DNA of 62,179 bases, counting the filler, from Globobulimina sp. (taxonomy: Eukaryota), in NCBI GenBank assembly GCA_003354225.1. It is 17 parts of 17 records of this genome, joined end to end, with 100 filler letters (N's around TTAATTAATTAA, not from the genome) between each part and the next. Parts side by side here need not be neighbours in the genome. Positions count along the whole stretch, not along the records: positions 36,645 to 40,207 come from PIVH01002502.1; positions 40,308 to 43,870 come from PIVH01002503.1; positions 43,971 to 47,532 come from PIVH01002504.1; positions 47,633 to 51,194 come from PIVH01002505.1; 13 more parts are not named here. One strand, given 5' to 3'. Within the stretch, counting starts at the first letter, position 1, and every line of letters starts with the position of its first letter. Shown here one piece after another: positions 37,166 through 48,902 of the stretch. The notes beneath the pieces were generated by a model. It saw only the letters and a list, made by a program, of their open reading frames with translations, was not told the DNA's origin and did not search any database. The position numbers and the translations under genes are program-made.

Positions 37166-38001
37166 ATGACAGATAAACAGAACCCAGAAGTCAATATAAA
37201 TCTGGACAATCATGATGAAGATGTACCTCAAAATGTACCATTTAAAGTAGTAATTGCAGACCTAGAAGACACAAACATTGAGGAACTCGATGAAAGTGAA
37301 GCCTTATTAGTAGATACAACCTATGATGATGGCGGCATCACTGACATTGAGGAACCACGTCCAATGCCCGGAACATGCTGTTATGGGCCAAGATTAATCA
37401 TATCCAAAATAAATGCATTGGACAAAAAATTATCATCGTATATTTTTGAATGGAGTCCAGGTAAATTCATTGATTTGTTGATGGCAATTCCTTGTTTAGC
37501 ATTCAGTTATTATGGCTTTCCTCTGTGGATCGTGGTGTATATTATTATAATGCAGTCCTATTTATATGCGTATTGTGTGTTGGTATCGATTGTGGTGACA
37601 CAAATCATGAAACGAACTATCAAACGAACCCGGCCCAAAAGATCAGATCTTGGGCAAAGATGGTTTTATTTATCGTTTGAAGATGTTTCTGCAGAACATT
37701 CGTTCCCTAGCGGTGATACATCGCAATCTGCAGTGTTTGGTGTTACTTTGGGATATTCCATCGCTTCCTATTATTTTTTCACATTGATCTGTGTGACGCC
37801 ATTTGTAGCTTTAGGTATCTTATAATTTATTTGCACAGATATTTGATGTCTATATATGTATAATATTGTGCAGGAAGAGTGTATTTCGGAAGGCATTATA
37901 TTGGAGATACAATAGCTGGAGGATTGGTTGGATTGGCTGTAGGATACGGAGTTAATTACTTTTTAGTGCACCATATGTATAGAATATCAAATTATATGTA
38001 A
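37166..38001 (+). CDS. PAP2-family membrane lipid phosphatase; 2 exons
   Basis: KRTIKRTRP and SFPSGD. Intron 37815-37873 (phase 1) restores GRVYFGRHYIGD. Confidence 0.88.
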
Positions 38002-38175
38002 AAATTGTCAAATCAATATAAACATTGCCCTTCATATTGTTTGTTTTCTTGATTATAAACATTTATAATCAAATTCGGGATTGTTTTGTTTTGAGTGCTG
38101 TTCAAGTTTTGAAGTTGTCCTTAGTTTCTGTCCCCAACTTTTTTTGCTTTAACTTCAAAATCTTTAATTTTAACA

Positions 38176-39953
38176 ATGGATGCTCTAAATATTGCAAGGG
38201 TTATTTTGTTAATATTCATTTACTTGGTATCCATACCATTGATTACTTATTACACCTTCCGATTTTATCAACAGAAATCGTCCAAAACAATGTTCTATCG
38301 ACAACCATTGTTGACTGTCGCTTTGAATTTATTAGTTGTATCAAGTTATGTGTCCCGTTTCTTTGTATCATTTTCAGATTATTTCTATTCAAATTGTTAA
38401 TGTTTTACAGGTTTTATATTTGATAGAACACCGCGATACATCGCCGCTATGCTAGGTTGCCATTATCCAGAATGGTTCCAAGTGTTTGTATCAAGCTGTA
38501 CATCGTTTGGTATTATTGATTTATTGACAGTTAAATCATATTTATTATTTTTCCAGCATGAATATCACACCGCCATTCAAAACCAAACATGGGCCAAATC
38601 GATCGACCATAACTGGGATAATTGGCATATTAGCAATAAAAATAAATGGGGTAATTTTCGCTACATTTTCAAATGGTTATTGGTAGCATACAGCATTCAA
38701 ATATTTGCATTGACCTTTGGTGAAATATCAGTTATTTTGGGCTATCCCTTTATGCTGAAAATTGCGCTTCAAATCATATTCTCATTGACACCGATATTAT
38801 TATTATTAATTTCTGTGCTTAAATTAGGTCGATTTTATGATAGTTTTGGTATTCGGAGAGAAATGTTGATGCAATGTGTGTCATTTACAGTGGTGATTAT
38901 AATTTATTTTTCAATCATAAGTGTTTCTCGTCCATATTTAGCAGAGGAACCACACTCTGTTTTGACAGAAATATGTCAAGGAATATTAATTATTGTCCTC
39001 TTCACAGTTTTAGCCATTTCATCTGTGTGTTATCCTTTATATTTAATTCAAAAAAATAAAACCAGACATGAGATACGATTAAATTCACCAAAGTCACACA
39101 AAGACCTATCACTCGCCAATTTATTACAATGTTTTGCAGATTTTCAGATGTTTTCGTATTTCATGAATCATTTAGTATGTTTTCTTGCTTTTTATATGCT
39201 CGAAACTGTCATATAACTGAAAAGGTGAAAGAATTTGCCACAGAGTCTGCATTGTTTGTGGTGGAATGGTGTCAGATTAAGAATGCATATCAATTAAGCG
39301 GGAACCGCGTGATTAAAACTTCAAATTTGGTGATTGATTTGAATGGAACTGTGGGCAGTTCACAAATGAAACGGGTACCGGTGCTAAGTTCGTGTAATAC
39401 AGTTTCGTTGTCGGCAGCAGCAGAACGGTCAGGAAACTCTGGTTCGACGAGTACATCGTCAAAAAGTGTAAACAGTTCTGGATTTAGCACATTTATCATA
39501 GATACAGAAAATGGAAACAATATACGTAGGATACAAATATCTTATGACGTGCCTGAAAGTGAGATATTACAACAATATCCAAATGATATTAAATCGCAAG
39601 TAAAAGCATTGTACGATAAATATATTATCGATGGAAGCTTGACGCAGATAAATATTCCATTTACATTGAAAGAACCGATCACAAAAATAATGATGAAAAT
39701 GTATGGTGAAAGCGAATTAAATGATATTTGTGATGGAGATTTGTGGTGTTCGCTTGATTGTATTTGTTTAAATATTTTGGGGTTATTATTAAATCCATTT
39801 AGCCGTTTTATAGTATCTGCGGAATATATTGATTATAATTCGAAAATAAATGATTTGGAAAAAGTGGATTTTAGTGTTGAAAATAATGAGATGCAGATTC
39901 CTGCTGTTTGCGATGTAAGTTTTTATGATAAAATATGTCAAAAGTATAAATAA
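38176..39953 (+). CDS. Multi-TM (7TM-like) protein fused to an RGS domain; 3 exons
   Basis: Introns 38345-38410 (phase 1) and 39175-39224 (phase 0). TM region with DSFGIRREM, then RGS motifs FMNHLVKEFATESALF, LYDKYI..QINI, PFSRF. Confidence 0.85.
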
Positions 39954-40307
39954 TTACGCTCGAGAGCTAGCTCGCATATATTTCTTTTTTGTGTTTGTTT
40001 TGTGTTTTTTGTGTATTGTTGTTTTAATTTAATTTTGTTATATTCCTTGTCGTTTTTATTTTAAAGTAAAACTTTTTTTTTTTATATATTGTGCCCAGAT
40101 TGTTCAATATTATCAATAAATATATTTATTCTTTTATAAAAAAAATATGCGAAAACTTCAATAACTGCAAAACTAAAATTTTTGAAAACGAAATTGTGAT
40201 AATTATANNNNNNNNNNNNNNNNNNNNNNNNNNNNNNNNNNNNNNNNNNNNTTAATTAATTAANNNNNNNNNNNNNNNNNNNNNNNNNNNNNNNNNNNNN
40301 NNNNNNN

Positions 40308-40965
40308 TTGGTGATGCACTTGGTGATGCCGTGGGTGATGTACTGGGTGATGCCGTGGGGGATGCACTGGGCGCCTGACTGGGTGGCGGTGTCGCGGATG
40401 TAGGTGGTGGTGTTGCGGATGTAGGTGGTGGGGTTGCGGCACTTGGGGCTGGTGTCGAAGGCGTAGGGGACGGTGTTGAGGCAATAGGGGACGATGAAGG
40501 TACTTTCGTAGGTGAGGCACTTGGATTTGTTGGTGCTGATGTCATGCGACTTGGCGCTGCAGTGAGTCGTGAAGGTGGTTGCGTTATGGATGTAGGTGCA
40601 GGCGTTGCATCTGTAGGTGGTTGGGTTACGGAAGTAGGTGGCGGTGTGGTGTCGGTTGGTGAAGGTGTGGTGTCGCTGGGAGCAGGAGTAGTTTCTGTAG
40701 GGGCAGATGTTGTAGGAATAGGAGACAGTGTCGGAAGTTGTGTTGGTTCTGCTCCTGCACATGGCGTTGGGCTAACACCACGGTAACAATTGTAATTAGG
40801 ATTAATACAATCATCTCTAGAAAGACAGCATTGATTACAGTTCAAATTAGCATGGGGCCAAGTCGCTCCGCAACGATTTGGCATTGTATCTGGACAATAC
40901 ACAGATTTACCAAAATACAGTAGAGACGATAACGCCATTAAAAATATTGGTGATTGAAGATTCAT
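40308..40965 (-). CDS. Secreted protein: signal peptide, Cys-rich module, mucin-like P/T/S repeats; 3'-truncated
   Basis: Hydrophobic N-terminus; CGATWPHANLNCNQCCLSRDDC..CY..C; heptad repeats TPxPTxx and ASPT/ASPS repeats. Confidence 0.8.
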
Positions 40966-41036
40966 TATGCGAATTAATGGGAATATTTTTGAGAGGGAAT
41001 GGTTTAATAATTGAAAGGGAGTTGAAAGTAAAGTTT

Positions 41037-42428
41037 TTAGATGTAAGGATTTTCATTGTTGTTTTGTTGGTCATAGTCGTACATTTTAGCAAAATCCAAT
41101 TTTACAATTCTATTTCTTAATTTCTTCTTTTTTGATTGACGAAATGCGTTTGAAGCAAATCGCTTCGACTTAAACGTAATGAACGCAGAGCCTTTTGGAA
41201 ATCCATCCGGTGAAATATTAAAATGAATATTCTCGCGATCAACTGATAATTTCTCACCAAAAAACCGAATAATATCTTTTTCTTTCACATCCCACGCTAA
41301 ATTTGACACAAATAATCGATTGGTTTTGCCCTCCAAATTATAATTTATGTTTGTCCCTCTTTCATATGTATGCAAATGACCATATTCAACCAAAACGGTT
41401 CTATTACAAAGTTGTTTAAATTGTAATAATTCCATACATTTTTCAGTATTTGCTGCATTATCGAAACTCAAAAAACATTTGCCACTACAAACCTTATTCA
41501 AATTATGTATCAAATAAATGTCAACAATCATCTCCAAATCAATACCATTACAAACTAAAAATTTCTTGACATCATTTACTTTCACAGATTGTTTAATATT
41601 TGTTAATAACAATTTAGTTGTAATGCCAGATAAATTATTTTTATGTTCATCCTCATTTTCATAATTATTCTCACTTTTTTTATACGCTGAATATTCAAAT
41701 CGTAATTTCCTTCCCAATAAGTAAGTTCCCAGTAATTTGTCAATGGCATAAACCACATTTTCAGCGCTATTCAATTGAACCAATGCACAATTCTTTGCAA
41801 ACCCATTTTTATCCTCCAATATTTTCAGCCATAACGGCGAATATTCGGCGCCCAACTCTTTAATAAACATGTTTTTTAAATGTAAAATGCTTGTTTTCCA
41901 CTGTAAATTACTTATTTTTATAAGATCAGTCTCTGATTTTAAGCTAATATCAGTTTGAAAGATTGATGAATACGAATCTCTATCTTTAGTGTTTATTTCT
42001 CTCCATTGACAAGTTATAAATTTACGTTTGCATTTTAATAACTTTTGTTTTGATAATTGTAGGATATACGAAGCATCACTTTTGTTCTCAAAATAAATGT
42101 ATCCAAAGCCTGTCAATCCGCCATTATGTCTGTTATGAAATAAATGAATATCAATCGCACCATTCTCTTTCTTTTCTTTTTTCGATAAATACCATTTTTG
42201 TAATTCTCCTCTAATAACACCGTACAAAGTATTTTCTTGAATTATGGATAATAAGTTTCGAAATTCTAAACAAAATGATTTTTCATGATCAAACTCAGCT
42301 GGTTCAAAGAATTTAATTTGGAAAAAATCCGTGTTGTGTTTTGTTTTCTTATTTGATGAATGTTCAACATTCTTTTGATCTGATTCAAATGTACCAAATG
42401 ATCTCTTTTTCGTGCTCTTTGAAGCCAT
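41037..42428 (-). CDS. Multi-RRM RNA-binding protein (about four RRMs)
   Basis: TGFGYIYFE, IKISNL..CALVQL, LLLTNI..GKCFLSF, LFVSNLAW..KGSAFITF..IVKLDFA. ATG at 42428. Confidence 0.85.
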   Translation of the reverse strand: MASKSTKKRSFGTFESDQKNVEHSSNKKTKHNTDFFQIKFFEPAEFDHEKSFCLEFRNLLSIIQENTLYGVIRGELQKWYLSKKEKKENGAIDIHLFHNRHNGGLTGFGYIYFENKSDASYILQLSKQKLLKCKRKFITCQWREINTKDRDSYSSIFQTDISLKSETDLIKISNLQWKTSILHLKNMFIKELGAEYSPLWLKILEDKNGFAKNCALVQLNSAENVVYAIDKLLGTYLLGRKLRFEYSAYKKSENNYENEDEHKNNLSGITTKLLLTNIKQSVKVNDVKKFLVCNGIDLEMIVDIYLIHNLNKVCSGKCFLSFDNAANTEKCMELLQFKQLCNRTVLVEYGHLHTYERGTNINYNLEGKTNRLFVSNLAWDVKEKDIIRFFGEKLSVDRENIHFNISPDGFPKGSAFITFKSKRFASNAFRQSKKKKLRNRIVKLDFAKMYDYDQQNNNENPYI

Positions 42429-42673
42429 GTCGTGACTGGGTTTTATTCTCAAGCTTGTACAGCGAAAAATATTTATCCAAACAATAATTTCCAGAAATTT
42501 CTCTTTGGGTCAGTTTTGATATGCAAATGTGCAGTGCAGTAAGAACAAAGAAATGACACAATAGCCATAACCAAGCAAATTCATGTTATAAGGAATTCAC
42601 AATAACCAAACAATTTCACCAAACAAACACTTTCATTGAATCTATTTTAACACAACAATTGTTTTCTGTATAT

Positions 42674-43870
42674 TCAACCAAACAATGTTTGTTGTGTACA
42701 TCTCAAACATTCCATGATCCAATGTTCGTGATATCCACTTATTTTACATTGTTGATTGGATATTACTACATTGTATTCATTATATTTCTTAATTGTTTTT
42801 TTTGATTTCTTAATTTTCTTTTTCTTTTTCTCCCATTTAACGTTATAATGCATGGACATAGATGATAAGAAATTATTTACCAAATCGTTTGTATCCAATA
42901 TATTCAACTCATTCCACTTAATTGGTTTATCATTGATCGATATTGAGAGTATATTGTTTCTTCGCCAATGCAGATTTTAATGGATTGGATGACAATTTAT
43001 TGTCTGCTGGAATGCGTAAATCGGAAATAATGAGCATCCAATGACTTACATTCCTATTTAAGATTGTTACCAATTCTTCAAAGTGACCAATCATGTCACA
43101 TATCTCATTGCTGTCTGTAAATGGACTCCTTCCCATTGCATCAATTCTAATCTTTAATTTCTTTTTCTTTTTATTTTTTAATGATTTATTCAAAGTATCA
43201 AACAAATCTAACGCTGGAAATCTATGATTTGTATTAGGATTAGATCCAAGGTCATTCAAATCAAATCCAATATATTCAGCTGTTTTCAATATTTTTTCAA
43301 AAAACAACACCATATTTGTCGCTAAATCACCAGTAAAACCATGCAGTGCATATTCTGCACGCGTTTTGAAATATATTCTTTGTAAATAATTTGTATTTTG
43401 TTTCATAAAAATATCGATTTCTCCCTCAGTCAAACACCACGAAGTACAAAATTCTTTTAATTCCGTCATTTTCCCGTTGATATTATTCGTAATTTCCCAA
43501 TCGTGATGGAATGACTCTACATTCGGTCCCATTGCAGAATAAATACAGTTATGTAGATTCACAGTACTTCCATGATCATATATTGCGAGTCCTTTTAGTT
43601 TAGAGAGAAATTCAAAATCATAATCACTCGCAGGCTCGCAAAAAAATCCAGAAACCTCAAAATATTCTACTGCGGTTAGTTTGGATATAAAGATTTTTTT
43701 CAATTCATAAAAAATATCCGTTTCAATCTCACCAAAATCACCATCTGATACATAACCAATTATTCGAAAAAATTTCATAGGTAAGTTCGTGGGTAAGTTG
43801 TCTACAAAATGTCTACCCAATATATAATCTAAATAGTCAGCGTAAGCAGAAAAATATATTTCCAGCGCAT
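42674..43870 (-). CDS. Hypothetical protein, 5'-partial, with apparent frameshift near 42930-42990
   Basis: A long ORF to 42930 continues in another frame as INDKPIKWNELNILD..ISNQQCKISGYHEHWIMECLRC. No GT-AG intron was found. Confidence 0.45.
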
Positions 43871-44405
43871 NNNNNNNNNNNNNNNNNNNNNNNNNNNNNN
43901 NNNNNNNNNNNNNNTTAATTAATTAANNNNNNNNNNNNNNNNNNNNNNNNNNNNNNNNNNNNNNNNNNNNGTCAGTGAGGTGCAACAGAAAAATGCACAG
44001 ACAAATAATTGCATAAATTATCTAAATATTTTAATTTAATCATTGCAAACACATATTATTTTAATTAAATCCTTTGGCACAATAATTGTCAAATAATGCC
44101 TTAAAAAAATAACAAAAAAAAACACTTTAACACAAAGTTATTTGTCCCTCTTCAAAGGAGGTATTTTGCTTAACAGCCAAATAAAAAGGTAATTACTATC
44201 AACCACCATACGAAGCGATTTGTTATTATATTGATAACGAAGTTTCGTTCGGAGTTTGGAATTATTTATACGTCCCTTCGTGTCGTACCTGTAGAAGATT
44301 GATAGCTGACTGCGACTGTCATTTTTTTGATTACGTAGATTGGACTCAAGCAAATACAGTTCAATTTAATATTTATCCGGAATTTAATCAATTATAATAA
44401 CAAAA

Positions 44406-47321
44406 ATGAAACAAAAATCCCCCTCTCTCCGTCTTAGTAAACATAAAAATCAAATACATAATAACGTGCAATGCGAGAAAGTGCACACAAATCTGTGCAA
44501 TAAATCCATCGATACGCAAAATCGCAACATTAACCCATTAACAAATCACATTTTATCCCCTTATATTAATTATAGTACCCTTAGTAACGTCCGATCAACC
44601 AAACTAACAAAGAACTCGTCATCAAAAACATCCAATACGTCCAATCCGTTTCCATTTAATCATAACAATCATTCTGACTCTTTGTCGATTAATAATTGTC
44701 AGACCGGTACAAATGCAGTAAATGTACCGGTAAAACCACATAAAATATCAACATCGAATGCAAATAAATCACAGTTATCCACAAATGCAGACGATGCGGC
44801 AAATAGCAGTCATACACCTCGTCCTTATCCGGATTTGCCACCGGATTTATCCATTGGTTCTATGCCAGTGACACCTGCCAAAACTACAAATAATAAGAAA
44901 GGTGCCAGTCCCTCCAAAACAGAATTAGATTTCCCCGGAGGTGACTTATTAACATTTACAACGTTAAAGCAGTGGGAAAGTGACAAAGCCGATGATCCAT
45001 TATTGGCACTACCAAATACCAGAAATACTGCGGAACCATTACAAAAAGTGCCGTCTAAGCCACCGTCGCCCATAAAATTATTCATTGGGTCGATAGCGGA
45101 TTCTGTAAAAAAACGCCATCGCGTAAAATCAGGCCGAAATCAGAGAAAACGGCGATGTCCGTTATATAATCAATTTGACAGTGACGACGACGATTTACTG
45201 GTTAATAAGTTACGGAAACGACGGAAAAAGACGGCTGAAAGTGCCAGTAATGGCATTTTGGCCCTTCAAGACGTTGAATGTGATGATACATTCATTGATA
45301 GCCCGGCGTTTACAGTAAATATGGAAATTGATAACGATAACAACGATAATAATATTATTCAAAGTGAAGCTGTTGAAGAAATTAAGCAAATTAATGATGA
45401 AATTGAATGTAAATCATGTTCGGAAACAACAAGCGACCCTCATTTGTGCTGCAAGAAATGTCATATTACGGTGCATGTAAAATGTACCAAGTTATTAAAA
45501 GATGAGCAATTATTAATTGACTCATTTGTATGCGAGTCCTGCACCGATCGCTCATCGAGAACGACCTACAAATGCGACATTGCTGACTGTCCAATGTTTA
45601 GTAAGTCGTACAAATATCGAGGTGTATTCATTAAGCATTTTATTCGCCATTATGAGTCGCACAAAGACAGCAGCTTTAAGTCCGTGTTTGGTTATATTCA
45701 ATGTCATGGCCATGAATGTAAAAGAATCATTAAACATAATTCAAACTTAAATATGTGTTCATTATGCCATAATATCCATACTTTTAAATCTCTAAACCAT
45801 TGCAACGATTATGATCCATTACAATCTGATGAGTCGTCAACGTTTTCGGATGGAAAGGACGAGGAAAAAGGTGTGGTTTTCGGCGATATTGACAGCGCGA
45901 CGACAAATGAACAGTTATTAGAAGACGTGGCCAAAACAAACATTTATAAAACTGAGAATTTCCCGGACAAACATGTCGTGCAAATCGGTCAATTATTTGT
46001 GTCAATTTTAAAAAAATGCATTAATAAACGGACACAAAATGACTTAATACATTGGATCAAATTTTTTATGCTGTTCAAAATATTCCGACAGAAACCCATC
46101 CGGTCGGGAAAAAAACACATGGCTCGGATCGATGCGTCGTTTAAGCGGAAGTTTAGAATGTTCAAAGACGGCAATCTTTCGGAGTTATGGAATGAGGTCA
46201 AAATCATTCAGAAAAAATTAGAAACAAATATGGAAAATAAAATGAACAAAATTAGCGATGCGAAACGTATAGAAAATTACAAATTGAATAAGTGCGAGAA
46301 ATATTTGCGATTAGGATACGTTAAGAGAGCTAACGACGTATTAAAAAGCCATGGCGTCGCAGAGCTGAATGAGTACAATAAGAATTTATTAAAAACAAAA
46401 TTAAAATCTGGCAAACCTCTGAAAAGAATTAAATCGCTGCGCACAGTTAAAATAGTTACAAATGAACTGAGATTGAACACATTATTCACCAAATTAAACA
46501 AATTAGCGTCCGGAGGCATTAATATCTTAAATGTCAAAGTCCTCCAACAACTATGGACCATTCGCAACGTCATCAAACTCACAGGTCCTTTGATAAAATT
46601 TATGAATATGACGATGAATGGCAATTTGCCTGATTTGATATGCCCGCATTTTTGGGGCGTTCGTGAAGTTTTGCTGAATAAGCCAATAAAAAAAGGGGCA
46701 CCGCTCGGCACCAAACCAGACATTCGCCCCATTGGCATATCAGATACTTTGGCTCGTTTATCAGAGTCAGAAGCTTGTAATATTAACAAAACAGATTTAA
46801 ACAAAAATATCGACAAAGCCCAAATTGGAATTGGTGTCAAAGGCGGCGCCGAAGGAATGATTGAAATGCATCGCAGAGCGAGTTGGTTTTTGCAACATTC
46901 GAATGGATACAAACCAGCATCAAATCCATTATCAAACGAAGATATCGACATTGATCTCGAAAAGGACTCAAATTGGTATAGTTTGCTGCAAACCGACATT
47001 GAAAACTGCTTTAATTCGATTAATAATGAGGAAGCGCTCAAGTTATACGCCAAATATGTGCCGAATCTATATCCATTAATGTTTAGTATGTACAAACAAC
47101 CGACGAAGATATACTTGGCGGATGGCACAGTTTTATATCATTGCAATGGTGGCATACAAGGAAGAATCACGTCCGGTTATAGTTTAGCATTAATTCAACG
47201 GGAAATTGAAATGAAAGTCAAAGAAAAATGCATATCAATCTTGAAAAATTACGAAATCAAAGGTAGATCATATTATATTGACGATAATGGACAGTTAGCG
47301 AAGAATGTATATTTTTGCTGA
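44406..47321 (+). mobile_element. Non-LTR retrotransposon ORF (CRE/SLACS-like RT) with PHD and zinc fingers; 3'-truncated after YIDD
   Basis: PHD CKSC..CKKC..VHVKC..FVCESC; C2H2-like CDIADC..HFIRH; RT motifs IRPIGISDTLARL, QIGIGVKGGAE, QTDIENCFNSI, GGIQG, YYIDD. The stop comes 11 codons later. Confidence 0.88.
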
Positions 47322-47770
47322 CTCAGCATATGATTTGATATTTTTTGGATTTTTTTTTATTTTCCTGAATTTTCTTGTTTTATATATGTATATATATTTT
47401 TGGATTTGCGAGAATCATCCAAAAATCAGAAAATCTCAAAATTTAACATCTTAAATTAACGAGCAAAAATAAAAAAATCCTCTTGGGTTCTCGGGGCCTG
47501 CCCCATCTAGGTTGAATATATTTTGAGCATTCNNNNNNNNNNNNNNNNNNNNNNNNNNNNNNNNNNNNNNNNNNNNTTAATTAATTAANNNNNNNNNNNN
47601 NNNNNNNNNNNNNNNNNNNNNNNNNNNNNNNNTTTGGGAGGATGGGGGAAGACCCCCCAAATCGATCCGATCAGACACAACCAACCGATTTTTGCGGTTT
47701 TATCGAACAAAATTATGTATTTTCCGACAATCTTTTCTTCTATAATTCATTCTATTACCTTAAATATGAC

Positions 47771-48197
47771 TACCGTATTTTCTCCAATAGTATCACAGTG
47801 ATACTATTGTTTCAACATATGCTGGAGGGTGTGATACTAATGGAGACAGCGATACTATTGGAGACAGTGATATTATAATTTCAAACTTTGTGAAGTTAAG
47901 AAAAGCGTGACGGGCAGGTTTTTTTGTCGAAATTTTCATCAAAATTCTGGCCAGCACTGCTCACAAAACCTCAAAAGACGTCGTTCTTGACAATTTTGCA
48001 TGAAATAGTAGCTAATTTTATGCTATTCATGATATTTTAAACCCGAAAGTTGCCATCATTCACTTGAATATTGCAAAAATTGCATCTAGGTAGTATCGCC
48101 GGTGATACTATTGGAGACAGTGATACTATTGTTTTTCAACCCATGCCGAAGGGGTGATACTAATCGAGACAGTGATACTATTGGAGAAAATACGGTA
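47771..48197. mobile_element. MITE with 26-bp perfect terminal inverted repeats (TA ends) and subterminal repeats
   Basis: TACCGTATTTTCTCCAATAGTATCAC (47771-47796) and GTGATACTATTGGAGAAAATACGGTA (48172-48197); several internal GTGATACTAwTsGAGACA copies; non-coding. Confidence 0.88.
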
Positions 48198-48503
48198 TAT
48201 TATATAGAACTCAGTGCTGCAAGTGGTCCACATAATGGTATATTATGAACAATTCAGTATGACACTGAGAGCTAATAAAATCATAATTGTGACAAAAAGC
48301 TATACTTACATAAAGACTTTCCAAAGTTGGTATCCAAATCGGTTCAGGGTACGACGATGGTAACAGAGTAAATGATAATAGTAATCACTCTGTTCCCATC
48401 ATTGTGCCATGAATACCGAGAATAATAATAAAACTGTACAAGATGACTAACTACCATCCAACGAGCCAACAAAATCCAGTTATGGCAAAAGTAAGGTCAA
48501 AAC

Positions 48504-48649
48504 CGACCCATGGGGTCGACCTATGTTATTTACCGACCTGCCAGGTCGATGACCGACTTGTGGGGTCGGTTTGCCTGTTTTGGCTAAAAGGTGTCGACCT
48601 GTGGGGCCGGTAAACGACTTACTGAGTCGGTAACCGACCTGTCAGGTCG
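48504..48649. repeat. Array of six 15-bp palindromes CGACYY-N3-RRGTCG
   Basis: Copies start at 48504, 48534, 48554, 48595, 48615 and 48635 (spacings 30, 20, 41, 20, 20). Confidence 0.85.
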
Positions 48650-48902
48650 ACGCTTGTAAAATCTTGAGCTACTGAGTCTTAAAAGAAAGGGCCGGCCTAA
48701 TAAGATGAGCCAAACTGCCAACAACACCAAACAACTATCTACAAAATTTTATTTACAATTAAACATAATGTATATACAAATTAAATGATAACAACACATT
48801 ATATACAAAATGACATATTTTTAGTTTTTCTTATATATGCTGTACAAAATAACAAACACTGCTTATTTACAAAGATTTTGCCAATTTTAGTCAATTATCA
48901 TT

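Noticed and set aside
46277-47128. 283-aa antisense ORF inside the RT
   Set aside because: Antisense shadow of the RT coding frame; no motifs.
48504-48649. CRISPR-like interpretation of the palindrome array
   Set aside because: Units are 15 bp with mostly 5-bp gaps; no unique spacers, leader or cas genes.
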